Notes: generated by a model from the letters alone, not told the origin. A stretch of DNA of 60,886 bases, filler included, from Sphaerodactylus townsendi (GCF_021028975.2; 5 parts of 4 records of this genome joined end to end with filler, not necessarily neighbours in it); one strand, 5' to 3'. Positions 12,741 to 25,857 are shown, counted from the whole stretch's first letter. Numbers and translations are program-made.

Positions 12741-13957
12741 ACAGAGTTTGGNNNNNNNNNNNNNNNNNNNNNNNNNNNNNNNNNNNNNNNNNNNNNNNNN
12801 NNNNNNNNNNNNNNNNNNNNNNNNNNNNNNNNNNNNNNNNNNNNNNNNNNNNNNNNNNNNNNNNNNNNNNNNNNNNNNNNNNNNNNNNNNNNNNNNNNNN
12901 NNNNNNNNNNNNNNNNNNNNNNNNNNNNNNNNNNNNNNNNNNNNNNNNNNNNNNNNNNNNNNNNNNNNNNNNNNNNNNNNNNNNNNNNNNNNNNNNNNNN
13001 NNNNNNNNNNNNNNNNNNNNNNNNNNNNNNNNNNNNNNNCTCCAGTCCCTGAGACTTTATGTCACGATACATTTGCTAAACTCTGAAGTATCCCAGCTAT
13101 CTGCTCAATTTAGTGTTACGGAATTATCTCTCCCCCCAGCCTCCCTCTTGGACTGACATCTTCATAGTCCTTCCCTTTTCGCATCTGTCTCTATTTGCCT
13201 CGTTTCTATCTCTTTATTCCTGTTCCTTTGTCGTACGCATTCTCCTGTCGAATTTTGGATAATCTGCCCCAATCTTCTGCCTTTCTTTCTCTTTTTTCCC
13301 CTTGGCGCTTTTGTCTGCCTAATGGTTTCTAAGCCTTGAGATGCCGAACAGCCTCTGTCTATTATCCCCATTCGCCGAAAAGCCATCTCCTCTTTTTCTC
13401 CCCGTGGCTGGCACTCTGGGGTGCATTTTATTTTGGTCGCTTCTTCATTTTCCAGCGCCCCAAATCTATGGGTCCTGGTCCCCCATGTATAGCCAAGAGG
13501 GGCTGAAGGAACTCAAGAGCTGTTCCGTTGAGACAGTTTCGTATTGCTCGAGACTCAGCAAAGACCTTTGGCAAAGACGTCTCTCTCTGTCCTCCGCCTT
13601 CTTGAAGTGGTCCCTTGTAATAGAACAAATGGCTCTTTCTGCCCTTCAGACGTCTGAATATGTCCCTGTCTATTTCAGTATCGCTGATCTCTCCGCGCAC
13701 CTGTTTCGTCAACAATCTTTTCTGCCAACTGCTGAATCTGTCTATACCCAGAATTATCTTTTCATTGCGTCTGTGTATTTGTGAGTCCATTCGACCCCCC
13801 CCATCACCCCATTTACTGGTCTATCTCCATCATGATATCTAATTTCCAGATAAATCACTCTGTCTCTTTTTTTCTATTACAAGCAAGTTTAGGAAACAGA
13901 ACTTTCCAGATCTCCTCCGTTTCCTCAGTCACCATTTCTATAGTATTATATCCATGT

Positions 13958-14172
13958 CTTGTCGCAGACTTTCACAGCCGGAATCTCTAGGGTGTTGTGG
14001 GTTTTCCGGGTTGTCTGGCCATGTTCCGGTAGCATTTTCTCCTGATGTTTCGCCTGCATCTGTGGCTGGCATCTTCAGAGGATCTCTGAAGATGCCACCC
14101 ACAGATGCAGGCGAAACATCAGGAGAAAGTGCTATTGGAACATGGTCATACAACCCAGAAAACCCACAACAC
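13958..14172. mobile_element. Penelope-derived hairpin with two back-to-back hammerhead motifs
   Basis: Inverted arms centred on ~14083 (CTTCAGAGGATCTCTGAAG); both motifs read GAAACATC. Confidence 0.75.
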
Positions 14173-15227
14173 CTTACATCCATGTTGTGCCACAAATATC
14201 TCTACACCTGCTAAGGTTCTCCTGTTTCTAGCAGTTTGCAGAATTGTGTCCTCTCCATTCCTTCATGACTCTGTATGACACGACCTCACTACTCGTTATA
14301 TTCCCTCCCAGCAAAGTGTGATCAAATTGCCGGTTCTGTGCTGGAAACTGAATTCTAAACGTGTGTGTTCAGGATCGTATCACATAAAGAAAGTGAGCTT
14401 CTGCCCCCTCTGTAATATTTTTACAACCCCAAACAGTGCTAGCCGTGATATTTGCCCCTTTGGAGGAAACCTGGGAGCAGGTGTGGAGATATTTGTGGCA
14501 CATCTGTTCACGTGGCGTCCCCAACGATCGAATGGCAGCCTGTTGGGGAAACTGTGCAGGAGGAAAGGTGAAGGCCACCATCCCTGCATTCCATGTTCCC
14601 GATCCAAATCGTGCCTGCTTGCGTTGAGGATTAAATTTCCAGCCAAGATTCTTCGCAGTACCTGTTCAACTGCGTGGACTCGGGGGAAATATAATGTGTA
14701 GTTAGTTCAGCCCATTTATCTGATTGCCTTTCCAAATCCTCCTCCAGAGCTCTCTGCCTCCGTGGGCCTTTCTGCTTGGTTAGCTTTCTTGCGCACGAGA
14801 AAGACACCGGCGCATCTACCTTACAAGGAGCGTTGATGTGCTGTAGATATTGCGTGTTTCTCAAGCGCTCCGAGCAGAATAATTGTAGTTGGGGCAGTGA
14901 AGTCCATCTCCTGTGCATCGTGGAAGATTGTTTTGTTATTGTCGTATGGAACAGGACTGCGCGAGTCTTTCCAGCCCCCACTTGACTGTGGGGATGAGAT
15001 GTAATTTCTAAAGAGGTGTCATTTCCCCCGCTCAGTCACATTCAGTGCCATTCTGCAAGCACCAGATTGGTTAAATTACCTTGAGGATTTTACCTGGCGA
15101 AGGATTTTTGTTTCTTTAACAGGATATTTTTTTTTGCTGCCCAGCTAATGCAAGGCTTTAAACACCGATTGCAAGGATTTAAAAAAACCAGACCGCCTGC
15201 CATTCCCCAATATTTCTTCTTCCTCTA

Positions 15228-15535
15228 GCAGCAGTGGCGTAGTGGCTAAGAGCAGGTGCACTCTGATCTGGAGGAACCTGGTTTGATTCCCCGCTCTGCC
15301 GCTTGAGTAGTGGAGGCTTATCTGGGGAATTCAGATTAGCCTGTCCACTCCCACACACGCCAGCTGGGTGACCTTGGGCTAGTCACAGCTTCTCGGAGCT
15401 CTCTCAGCCCCACCCACCTCACAGGGTGTTTGTTGTGAGGGGGGAAGGGCAAGGAGATTGTAAGCCCCTTTGAGTCTCCTATAGGAGAGAAAGGGGGGAT
15501 ATAAATCTAAACTCTTATTATTATTATTATTATTT
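15228..15535 (+). mobile_element. tRNA-derived SINE (Squam3-like), full length
   Basis: GCAGTGGCGTAGTGGCTAAG A box, GGTTTGATTCCC B box, (TTA)n tail. Confidence 0.8.
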
Positions 15536-15889
15536 GCTTCTTATATGTAGATAAAAGGTCCACAAAAAAATTTTAATGGGTAAAATTGGGCAGAGGCGTG
15601 CTTTAAAACATTCGTGCCGCAATATTCGCAAAATAAAACAAATGCCACTGTAAGGAGAGATGACGTGTGAATATGTTGGACACGCTGAAAGTTTAGCAAT
15701 AGGACAGCAAACAACCAAAAATCAAAACATTTTACATGCAGGTGAATTGTACAAGAGGTCTCAACTCACCTGACCTGCTGGGCTAATTTCTCACTGCCTC
15801 TTTCTCTATTTCATGTTCCCCATCTGCCTAAGAGTGCAGTCCTACGTGAAATTACCCCAGTCTAGGCCTATGGAATTAGACTGCAGTAA

Positions 15890-16110
15890 ATGTATTGTCG
15901 AAGGCTTTCAGGGCCGGATTCAACTGGTTGTGGTGGGTTTTCCGGGCTGTGTGGCCGTGATCTGGTGGATCTTGTTCCTTCCTGGACACAATGTGTAACA
16001 GACTTCCCTCTGTGATAGCCCTCTGAAGATGCCAGCCGCAGATGCAGGCGAAACGTTAGGAACAAGATCCACCAGACCACGGCCACACAGCCCGGAAAAC
16101 CCACCACAAC
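15890..16110. mobile_element. Penelope-like inverted repeat, second subfamily, with a hammerhead motif at ~16020-16060 (+)
   Basis: Arms GTTGTGGTGGGTTTTCCGGGCTG / CAGCCCGGAAAACCCACCACAAC; CCT-CTGAAGA...GGC-GAAAC-GTT-AGG. Confidence 0.7.
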
Positions 16111-16541
16111 TAAACGGCAGTAACTTTACGCAGGATGTGCACTATCAACAGACCTCCTCTTCCCAGACTGTCTTCCATTCTTAGTACTAGATACCTCATC
16201 CAGCTTGTGAATGCGCCATTCTCTTTCCAGAGATCCCTCATTGTCTAGATACTCCCCTCTCAATTTGAATCCAGAGACAAAACTCAACAGTCTTCATAAA
16301 TCTCACCCTTGGCCCGCCAATCCTTTCCCAAACGCAGTCTGTCTGCCTGCCTGTTGGAATAAGATGGGACCACAAGATCCCTGATCAAGCAGGAGTTTCC
16401 ACCCAAGAGTTGGCCATCCCATAGGTGACATCTGCGTGGGGAGGGGGGGGGGCGGCTTTTCAAATTTGAAATGCGTATATTCTGTGCCCCAGTACAGTAT
16501 GTTATCCTCGGACGTGTGTAACTGAACAGCCTCGGAGTTCC

Positions 16542-16641
16542 NNNNNNNNNNNNNNNNNNNNNNNNNNNNNNNNNNNNNNNNNNNNTTAATTAATTAANNN
16601 NNNNNNNNNNNNNNNNNNNNNNNNNNNNNNNNNNNNNNNNN
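16542..16641. other. artificial scaffold linker
   Basis: N44-TTAATTAATTAA-N44. Confidence 0.95.
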
Positions 16642-16810
16642 CCAACAGATATATATACTCCACTTGCTTTCCCAACGTCAGATCCTCTGAAGATGTCAGC
16701 CACAGATGCAAACAAAACGTCAGGCGAGAATGCAGCTAGAACACGGCCATACAGCCCGGAAACCACACAGCACCCAAGTGATTCCGGTTGTGAAAGCCTT
16801 CGACAATACA
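16642..16810 (+). mobile_element. Penelope-like terminal repeat with a degenerate hammerhead
   Basis: Same family as 12549-12738; the GAAAC box is mutated; ends GTGAAAGCCTTCGACAATACA. Confidence 0.7.
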
Positions 16811-17004
16811 ATGTGTCACATTACTTCTGCATTCAACATCCATGCATACGATAGAATGTTACTCTTTTCCTCTAAACAGAAAACTACCTTAGAAATATTC
16901 ATCTGCTGTCCTGTACCTTTTATAATGTAAATTTCTGTTCCTGGATTTATTGACATCCTTTTCACTATTCCCTATAACAAATCACATCTTGTGTTGGTTA
17001 AGGT

Positions 17005-17931
17005 ATGAAGACGCAAAATGAAACTGACTTGACTGAGTTCATCATACTGGGATTTAAAAGACTCAAGAAAGTGCGTCATTTGCTCTTCACAGGATTCTTC
17101 ATAATTTATCTATTCACCATGCTGTGGAATGCCTTCATCATCACCGTGACAATTGTGGACCAAAAACTGAGAACCCCCATGTATTTCTTCCTTGGTAATC
17201 TCTCCTTTCTTGACATCTGCTACACCTCTACCACTATCCCCCAGATGTTGGCTCACCTTCTCTCTGACAAGAACACTATCCCCTACATGGGTTGTTTACT
17301 TCAAGTGTATTTTTTCTTCTCTTTTGTGGGTACAGAATGCCTCCTTCTGGCAGTCATGGCCTTTGATCGCTATGTTGCCATATGCAACCCTTTGCGCTAC
17401 ACATTGATTATCGGCAAAGTTATTTGTCTCCAGCTAGCAACAGCCTGCTGGGTTGGTGGTTTCCTCAACTCTGTGGTGCATACCACATTTGCCTTCCAAC
17501 TGCCCTTTTGTGGGGACAACCAAATTGATGCTTTTTACTGTGACATCCCACCACTGCTGAAGCTATCATGTGGAGACACTTCCTTCAACCTCATTCTTTT
17601 ATGGTCCGTAGGCATATTCATAGCTTGGACCCCATTCATTTGTATCCTTTTATCATACATTTACATCTTTTCAACTGTTTTGAAGATACAATCATCAGAA
17701 GGAAGACAAAAGGCTTTCTCTACCTGTTCCTTACATATCACAGTAGTTCTTTTGTATTATGGCAGTTCCCTTTTCACCTACTTAATTTCTAATTTTAGTC
17801 CTACCTCCGATAATGCCAAACTCATTCCAGTCATATACAGTGTCTTGACCCCTCTGTTAAATCCTATTATCTATACCTTGCGTAACAAAGATGTCAAGAA
17901 TGCCTGGAAAGGCATGATTAGCAAAATATGA
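17005..17931 (+). CDS. olfactory receptor (class II, OR5V1-like), 308 aa, intact
   Basis: N-glycosylation site [69 protein letters not shown]. Confidence 0.96.
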   Translation: MKTQNETDLTEFIILGFKRLKKVRHLLFTGFFIIYLFTMLWNAFIITVTIVDQKLRTPMYFFLGNLSFLDICYTSTTIPQMLAHLLSDKNTIPYMGCLLQVYFFFSFVGTECLLLAVMAFDRYVAICNPLRYTLIIGKVICLQLATACWVGGFLNSVVHTTFAFQLPFCGDNQIDAFYCDIPPLLKLSCGDTSFNLILLWSVGIFIAWTPFICILLSYIYIFSTVLKIQSSEGRQKAFSTCSLHITVVLLYYGSSLFTYLISNFSPTSDNAKLIPVIYSVLTPLLNPIIYTLRNKDVKNAWKGMISKI

Positions 17932-18233
17932 AAATTATGAGAATACACATTTATTTCTTGATTGCAACTGTTTTCTTCATTTTTTGCTACTGGTACAAGT
18001 TATTACCCCAATGGGAGTACGTAGCCAATTACATCGTTGTCCTCTCCTCCAATCCTGTGAAGTAGCTTATGCTAAGAGTGTGGGACTAGCCCAAGGTCAC
18101 CCAGCAACTTTCCACAGCAAGTTCAGGAATCAAACTTGGATTTTCCAGATCCTAGTCCAACACTTTAACCACTGCACCATCCTAGTTATTCCGACAGTGT
18201 GTTTCTGTAATGAATTAAAAGTAATGTAATGAC

Positions 18234-19404
18234 TAGAGATGGCGGTTCTGGAGCTCCGATCCAGCAGTTCGGCCCGAGCTGGGCGTGGCTCGGGGAGCAA
18301 GCTTCGAGGAATGCCGCTGGGCTGAGCAAAGGCCAGCGTCTCAAACATCAGCCGTTCCGAATCCATGAGGTTCGGAGCGGCGGATCCCCCAACTGCAGCT
18401 CACCGTGATTCTGGAGGAAAAAATCCTTCTGCACACACGAGGAGCCCTGCAAGGGCAGCGTGGGATCCCTGCCCCTCAATAAAGAAAAAAACCCTCCCTG
18501 CATGCATGCAGATGCAGCCCTACAAAGGGCAGCGTGTGGGATCCCTGCCCGGCAAAAGAAAAAAAAAACGCTTCCGGGCGCACGCAGCTGAGCCGAGCCC
18601 TGCAAAAAAGGAAAAAACCCCTCCCAGCCGGCAGTTTAAAAAAGAAAGCAAACACTCCCAGCTGGCAAGGTTTGGCTGGGAACACACACACAGGGCATCA
18701 ATAACAATACCAAACACACACCTGTGGCACAAAACTTCCAGCACCCCAACCCAAAATAATCCCCTCAAGCAAACCCCCCAAATTCCCCCCCAGCGCAAAC
18801 CTTATCCATTCATTCAGAAAAAACAAGCCGGAAAAGAGTGGGGGCGCCAGCTGATTTCCACTAGCTGGCAGGGATGGGGGTGGGGAACACACACACACTC
18901 GCGACGGCAACACAACTCCAACACCCCAACCCAAAATAACCCCCCCTGCAACCCCCCCCAACAAAATGACCCCACTCACACGCTCGTTGCTGCTAAGCTG
19001 CTTCCCCGTCTGATGAGCTGAATTATGAATGAATAACGGAAGCAAGGCTAGGCTGAATACCGTGATTTGCTGCAAAAACTGGGGATATTGGGCACCCAGC
19101 TTTGAGGGCCCATAACTTTGCCCTGGAACCAAACTGCACCATTGTAATTGGGGGGTATCATCAGGACAGTCTCCTGATGATACCCGGCAATTTTGGTGTC
19201 GATAAACCAAAAAATGCGCCCCCTGCAGGACAAAATGTGAAAACAAAACAAAAAATAAAACCACATCCGAATTTCTCGGATGTTCCTGCAGGATCGGATG
19301 GATCCGAGCCTGGTAGGCTCGGAGCTCGGCCAATCCGAGCTCCTCTATCCAAGCTGGCCCAAATCCGAACTGGGGCCGAATTTTTTGCCCTTCTACCAAC
19401 CCTA
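18234..19404. mobile_element. non-autonomous hAT (Ac-like termini), 1171 bp
   Basis: Perfect 8-bp TSD GTAATGAC (18226-18233, 19405-19412); imperfect TIRs TAGAGATGG / CCAACCCTA; CCGA/TCGG-rich subterminal regions. Confidence 0.8.
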
Positions 19405-20741
19405 GTAATGACTAAGAAATAACAAATAATGCCAACTTGTTACCATGGACAACACTGGGCATCTCTTGGAAAGAAGAAGGGAAGGAGTTTGTAAGTCACT
19501 TTGAGACTCCTTGTTGAGAAAAATNNNNNNNNNNNNNNNNNNNNNNNNNNNNNNNNNNNNNNNNNNNNNNNNNNNNNNNNNNNNNNNNNNNNNNNNNNNN
19601 NNNNNNNNNNNNNNNNNNNNNNNNNNNNNNNNNNNNNNNNNNNNNNNNNNNNNNTTATGATCTGCTTCTCTGTTGTGAAACAGGTAGGAGGGGCGCCCTT
19701 TTTGCCACCCAAAAGGCTTTACTGGGCATCATAGGATTTACATTAACAAAGGCCATATGGGATGGTGTGTGTACTATGGAGGAGATCTGGGTGATTTGGG
19801 CACCACAGCTAACTGTGTCCAGCTTGTACTAGAAGTGGTCTCACCGGAGAAAAGGGAAAGTGAAAACCACATCTCCAGAAAACATGTCTGTACAAATAAT
19901 CTTGTTGCAATGGACATTTGCCCTATTGTGCAGCGGACATGTTGTGTGCAATCGGCCTGAGTGATCTGAGCACAAAAACTGACTGTGCCAACTCCATTGT
20001 ATCATAAAACTTTAAATGTCCATTTTAAAAAAATCTTAGTAATTGCATTACTTTTAGTTCATTATCGAGATATATTATTGGAATGACCAGCATGGTATAG
20101 TGGTCAAAATGTCAGACTAAGATCTGGGAAACATGTCAGGTCCTTGCACAACGATCAATAATTCAGACTCTAGATATGAAATCAGTAGCCTTTATTGTGC
20201 TGTCAGCAGAGACCTATATTGCAGGAAGCCAGATCTAAGGATCGTGGTTCCTGCTGACATATTTATCTCTTTTTCCCACTCAAACTTCCCCAAAGGGCTC
20301 TGGGCAGTATACAAACCACAATAAAACATCATAAAACATCAAAGACACAATAAAAAGTTAAAAACAGTTAAAACAACTCAGATGGCAAGCTCTAGCTAAA
20401 ATTCCCCGGGGGTGGGCCCATGCTACCCTTGTACAGTGAATGGCACACACACATCAGCGGCTGCATCCTGCACACCTCAGGGCTGTTTCACAGGGCTGGG
20501 GCTGCCACTTCCTTTCCTTCCCCCTCTGTCCAGAGGGCCTTTCCTGCCACTGCTCCCCAACCCATCCACACTTACATCAGCCACCAGAAGCACTGGAGGA
20601 GATTCACATCAATGCTTCTTGGGGCTGGACTGGCCACTTCCCAAAAGCTAAATGTGGGCCTAGCCACCTTGCCTATCGAATGTTAATTTGCAAGAGAAAT
20701 TGACCAGGCTGTTTGTGTGGAGAGATTCATGATTTTACAAT

Positions 20742-20870
20742 GGCTGATTCCGCATGGGCCAAAAACAGCAGTGTGAAAATGGTGTAAAAGGGTTTAAAAC
20801 GGTGTAAAAGGGTTTATACTGTTTTCACACCATTTTCACACTGCTGTTTTTAGCCCATGCGGAATCAGCC
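20742..20870. mobile_element. palindromic PIF/Harbinger-like MITE
   Basis: GGCTGATTCCGCATGGGC...GCCCATGCGGAATCAGCC flanked by a 3-bp duplication AAT. Confidence 0.75.
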
Positions 20871-21619
20871 AATGAAAAAAGACCAGAAAAATAACACTTT
20901 GACATTACTTGACTTAAAGTTACTTGGGCAGGGTTTGATTAGTAAACAAAAACTGAATGGGGGGCCTTTTTCAGATATGTAGAATATGGACTGATAATGT
21001 CAGAATTAGAACAAATTAAATTAGAATTTCTTAAAATAAAAATGAGATTGCATGAATAGGATGAGGACTATATAGGATGAGGAACTGCGGTGTGGGGTGT
21101 ATGTTACTTGTGCCCCCCCCACCTGAAAATGATGCTTGGGTCCAGCTATGATGTATACATATCTGAGGGGTGCTTGATAGGCATAATACCCTATGGATTC
21201 ATGTGGGGCATTGATAAGCACAAGAATACACCATAAGTCCTTCATAGTATCTTTGCTAAGCATTTGGGTATAACTGTAGAGTGCTGAAAATATTTACATC
21301 ATATTAGTCTTGGGGTCCATGGGCACTGAATAAGTCCATAGCAAAGGCAACTGGGCATCCAAACATACAGTTCACATTCTTCATCACCACACTGCAGAAA
21401 CTCAGCTACTGAATCAGGTTTTTTTTCCCCCTACATTCTTTGGACCATCTAGTTGATTAGCTCTCAGGAGATGAAAAGAAACATTGAAATCATTTAGTAA
21501 ACTCTAGAACAATGCTAGACCAGTTAGGGAGAAAAATTAGCTAAGTGTATTTGTTGCATGTTAACCCACATCCATGATATGTTTTATTTATTACTAATTG
21601 GGGTTCATTTTTTTTTGAC

Positions 21620-21820
21620 ATTGTCACACCTGACCTATGGTGACCCATAGGTTTTTCAAGGCAAGAGACATTCAGAGGTACTTTTTTCACTGCATGACTC
21701 TACCTAGTGACCTTGGTGTTCCTTGGTAGTCTCCCATCCAAATTCCAACCAGGGCCAACCCTGCTTCACTTCCAAGATCTAATGAGATCTACCTAGCCTG
21801 GAATATCCAGGTTAGGGCTT
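21620..21820 (-). mobile_element. 5S rRNA-derived SINE
   Basis: Reverse complement GATCTCATTAGATCTTGGAAGTGAAGCAGGGTTGG...TTGGATGGGAGAC resembles the 5S internal control region and is followed by a CTTGCCTTGAAAA tail. Relative at ~47980-48170. Confidence 0.65.
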
Positions 21821-24392
21821 ATTCCTTTAACATTACTTTTATTATTATAAGTTAGAACTTATAACACCGCCCAGAGGCCCTCGGGGCGGTCTACAAATCC
21901 AAACAATAAATAAATAAAGAGTAGGCATAGTTGGACCCAGCCAATTTTTTTGCTCAGTGTCACCCAAGACCCTTCCTTATGTCAGCCTCCATATAATGTG
22001 AATTTTGTCCCTGTGTGTCCCATGATTCTCAACACAATCTTTTTCATGGTGAAAGAGGACTTCCTTCTGGTTTTTTTTTTTTACCTCAGAAGAAAGGTTA
22101 GTTGGAACCAACTGAATATGGTGGTGTTTTTCTGCTGGGTATAGTATTATCATATGCTTATTAAGCTGTAATAAAAATTGCAATGGTTGCTATTTTATTG
22201 ATGATGGTTTTTGAATTAAGGTATATTTTGTTGCTTGTTAGGGTTAAGAAGGGGATTTTCCTGCTTTATTTAAATATCATGCTGTCTTTGAAACTATTTC
22301 TGTAACTGCTTTATTTTCTATGGATGTTCTCTGATTTTTTTTCTATACTTGGCATTGTGTTAGGATGTAATTATATCAGTGTAAGCATAGCAATTCTAAA
22401 ATTCCTTATAATGTTGTGAACTGGCTTGGCTTTTTTGTAATGGAAATTTAAATAACTTTAAAACAAAGATTGGGTTGAAAAGTCAATTTCCTGAAAACAA
22501 TGTTTTTAAAGTACTTCAATTGGCATGTAAAATAAACCTACATTTATTAATTGCTGTGAATTACCTACTTAAGATGAATAGTCAGTAATATCAATTTATT
22601 CATTTACTTAACAATAGCCAAATTGAAATAGCAAAACTTTGGAAAACAAAAGATTTACTAGTGTTAGAAAACTGGGAAAGAAATAAAACAAATATCATGA
22701 CAATAAACTAACATGGAAATCAAGAGGAAACCCAGAAAAACTTGACAAAACATGGAGTTTACTTATAAAGTATATGAACAAATAAGATAAATCTTTTGAT
22801 GACACATCACACATAGCATTAGATAGAGCATTAACATGAAGAGGAAGTTACATAGCAGTTTTATTATTCAGTTAAGTATAAGTTTATTTGTAAAAACTAG
22901 ATATACCATATTAATGTTATGATTAATTTACAGAATTTTACTTTTAAAATTGTAAAAGAAAGTATATAAGATTGCAATTATTGCTATTCCTATTAATTGT
23001 TAAATTTCTTGTTCTCTTATTTATAAAGTTTGAAAATCAATAAAAAAGAAAACATGAAAAAAGATTAATAGTCAGTTACTCAACAGTTAGGGGTACAAAA
23101 AAGGATTTTGAGAAACACATTTAGAATTATCTAAATATTTCAGGTGCAGGAAACCAGCTAGAGAAATAGTTAGACGATTGAATGGCTATAGAATTAATGG
23201 AGTACAAAAGGGAGATAAGATAACTGAGAAGATAAATATTTTTTTCTCTTCTGTCTTCACTGCTGAAGATATGAAGCAAATACATATTCCTGAACCAATG
23301 TTTTCAGGAAAACAGGATGTAGAGCTGGAACAAACAGTAGTAACGGGAGACGTTTATTTAATAAATATTTACTTAAAATGTTTTATGCTGTCTTTCCACC
23401 TGATCAGTGTCCGCACGGTGACAAACATAAAAAAGTAATATAGTTAAAATTATAGAATAATTAAATTAAAACATATACATAAAAGCACTAGAGTTTCCAC
23501 AGGGCCTGTAAAACGGACCTGTTCCGCCAGGCATTTGGTCAGCCGGGATAACATCTCACTTCTGTGAAAAAATCTGGCCTCCTATGGGGGTAGGAATGGA
23601 AAAGGGGAAACAATTTTAATCGCCATCTCAACTTTGAATTTTATAATTTGTATATGGTTTTAACTGGGATTGGGGGTGAAATGGATTTTAATTGTTTATA
23701 TGAATGATGGACACTGCCCTGAGCCCTTCGGGGAAGGGCGGTATAGAAATTTAATAAAATAAATAAAAATAAAATAAATAATAGAAGGATGGCCAGTCAC
23801 TGTTTATCGGAGTATGCCTGATAAAGTAAAAATGGTGGTGGAGAGTGCCATCAAGTCGCAGCTGATTTATGGTGACTCCATAGGGTTTTCAAGATAAGTG
23901 AGGTGGTTTGCCATTGCCTGCCTCCATGTGAGCAGAGGGAGTTCTGAGAAAACTGAGACTGGCCCAGGGTCATTCAGCAAGCTTCATGTGGAGAAGTGGG
24001 GAATCAAAACAAGTCCTCAAGATTACAGTCTGAGTCTTCTGCTCTTGACCACTATACCAAATTGGCTCTCATTTAAAAAAAGAACAAAAATACCTGCTGG
24101 CAAAAGACACCAATGGTTCTTCGCAAGCAGCTCAAAGCTGTTTGCCAGGTATATCATATTTGTTTAGTCTACTTTTGCTTCTCAGCAAACTTTGCAGACA
24201 TGTCCACCAAATCTGAATTATCCCAGTTCAAACAAATGATGAAATAAAATAAAATAATACAAAATAGTTTCACTTCTAAGAATGTTTCTTATGTATTTAA
24301 AATCATTCAGTGAAACCCTACACGGATTTACCCCAGGATTCATCAAAGCCAATGAAGACTGAGATTTTTCCTTCTTTCGATTTGTGTTCCAA

Positions 24393-25349
24393 ATGACGGT
24401 CAACGTGACATTAAATAACCCAGGAGCATCTACGTTCATCTTAGTTGGGTTTCCAGGTAATAAGAATGTGCAGGTTTTGTATTTCATCATCTTCCTCCTC
24501 ATCTATCTTTTCACTCTTTTGGGAAATATTATCCTACTATTGACACTAAAGGCAGAGTCAAATCTTCATACACCTATGTATTTCTTCCTAAGTAACCTTG
24601 CAGTCTTGGAGATTGGATACACTTCAGTCACTGTTCCTAAACTGCTGGAAATCTCCTTAGGAAAAGAGGGAGCTATCTCATTTCCAGCATGTTTCATGCA
24701 GACTTACTTTTTCTTCTTCCTGGGGTCTACGGAGTGCTTCTTATTTGCTGTCATGGCCTATGATCGTTATCTGGCCATCTGCCATCCTCTGCGATACTCA
24801 ACACTCATGTGCAACAGAGTATGCATCTTCCTATCTTTAGGATCCTGGATTACTGGTTTTATCAATCCTTGCCCACCTGTCATCGTGCTTAGTAGACTGC
24901 ACTACTGTGACAACATTATCAACCACTTCTTCTGTGATTGTGTACCACTTCTCAGTCTTTCATGTAGTAATACATATGTCCTCAGCACAGCCATTTTTGT
25001 CAGCTCATTTGTCATAGTGTTAGGTACATTCCTCTTGATCATGCTTTCATATGCTTGCATTTTGGTCACCCTCCTAAGGATGTCCTCAGCTACCAATCGA
25101 CAGAAGGCATTTTCCACCTGCTCTGCCCACCTGACTGTGGTCTTGTTGTTTTATGGAACTGTGATTTTCATGTATGTGTCTCCCACACCACAGCAGACAA
25201 TGGAAATTAACAAGGTAGTATCTTTTATCTACAGTGTGGTGACCCCCATGCTTAATCCCATTGTCTACAGCTTGAGAAATGAAAATGTCAAAAAGGGTTT
25301 GAAAAGACTGATGCTAAGGAAATTCTATCCTACAAGTCGAACTACTTAG
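24393..25349 (+). CDS. olfactory receptor (class II, OR6/OR11-like), 318 aa, intact
   Basis: ATG at 24393 (the ORF track starts at an upstream GTG); NVT site, LHTPMYFFLSNL, MAYDRYLAICHPLRY, HFFCD, KAFSTCSAHL, PMLNPIVYSLRN. Confidence 0.96.
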   Translation: MTVNVTLNNPGASTFILVGFPGNKNVQVLYFIIFLLIYLFTLLGNIILLLTLKAESNLHTPMYFFLSNLAVLEIGYTSVTVPKLLEISLGKEGAISFPACFMQTYFFFFLGSTECFLFAVMAYDRYLAICHPLRYSTLMCNRVCIFLSLGSWITGFINPCPPVIVLSRLHYCDNIINHFFCDCVPLLSLSCSNTYVLSTAIFVSSFVIVLGTFLLIMLSYACILVTLLRMSSATNRQKAFSTCSAHLTVVLLFYGTVIFMYVSPTPQQTMEINKVVSFIYSVVTPMLNPIVYSLRNENVKKGLKRLMLRKFYPTSRTT

Positions 25350-25687
25350 GGGTCAAAGCAAGCAAGATGCTGGAAAATCCACAATTAGTAGGCCTGGAGA
25401 ACCGACTCTGGATCCATGGGAGAACTGAAAACATTCCGAAGACTTCCTAAATTATTTGTGTGAAAATATTGTTTTTTTAACATTCTCTTTTACATATTAT
25501 CTTGTAATAAATCTTTCTCCTAGACAAGTCTCATGCAACTACAGTTGTATATAGTTTGCTCCTGGACACCAACACCTTTTCTTGTCCTACAAAGAAACAA
25601 AATACTGTTCTTGTTTCCCTCTATTCTTCTTCTTGGTAACATGAGTGGACAATGTGTAAATGGGTTAAATACCAGGGCAGGAGATAT

Positions 25688-25857
25688 TATAAGAGCACAG
25701 CATTATTGAGGCAAGTTCTGGTGCATCTCAAAACAAAACAAATTTAATATTTACCTCACAGGTAACAATCAATATAAGAGCACAGCATTCTTGAGGCAAG
25801 TTCTGGTGCATTTCAAAACAAAACAAATTTAATATTTACCTCACAGGTAACAATCAA
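25688..25857. repeat. two-copy tandem duplication, 85-bp unit
   Basis: TATAAGAGCACAGCATT...GGTAACAATCAA at 25688 and 25773, differing at about two positions. Confidence 0.9.

Noticed and set aside
13040-13950. Overlapping 120-147 aa ORFs in strand-asymmetric CT-rich DNA
   Set aside because: No recognisable domain or splice structure; unresolved without a database search.
8100-17005. OSBP2 promoter or CTCF site acting as a boundary for the OR cluster
   Set aside because: Two artificial linkers separate them, so the adjacency is not biological evidence.
18348-19422. Several 100-230 aa ORFs
   Set aside because: They lie inside a non-autonomous hAT element, are low complexity and show no transposase motifs.
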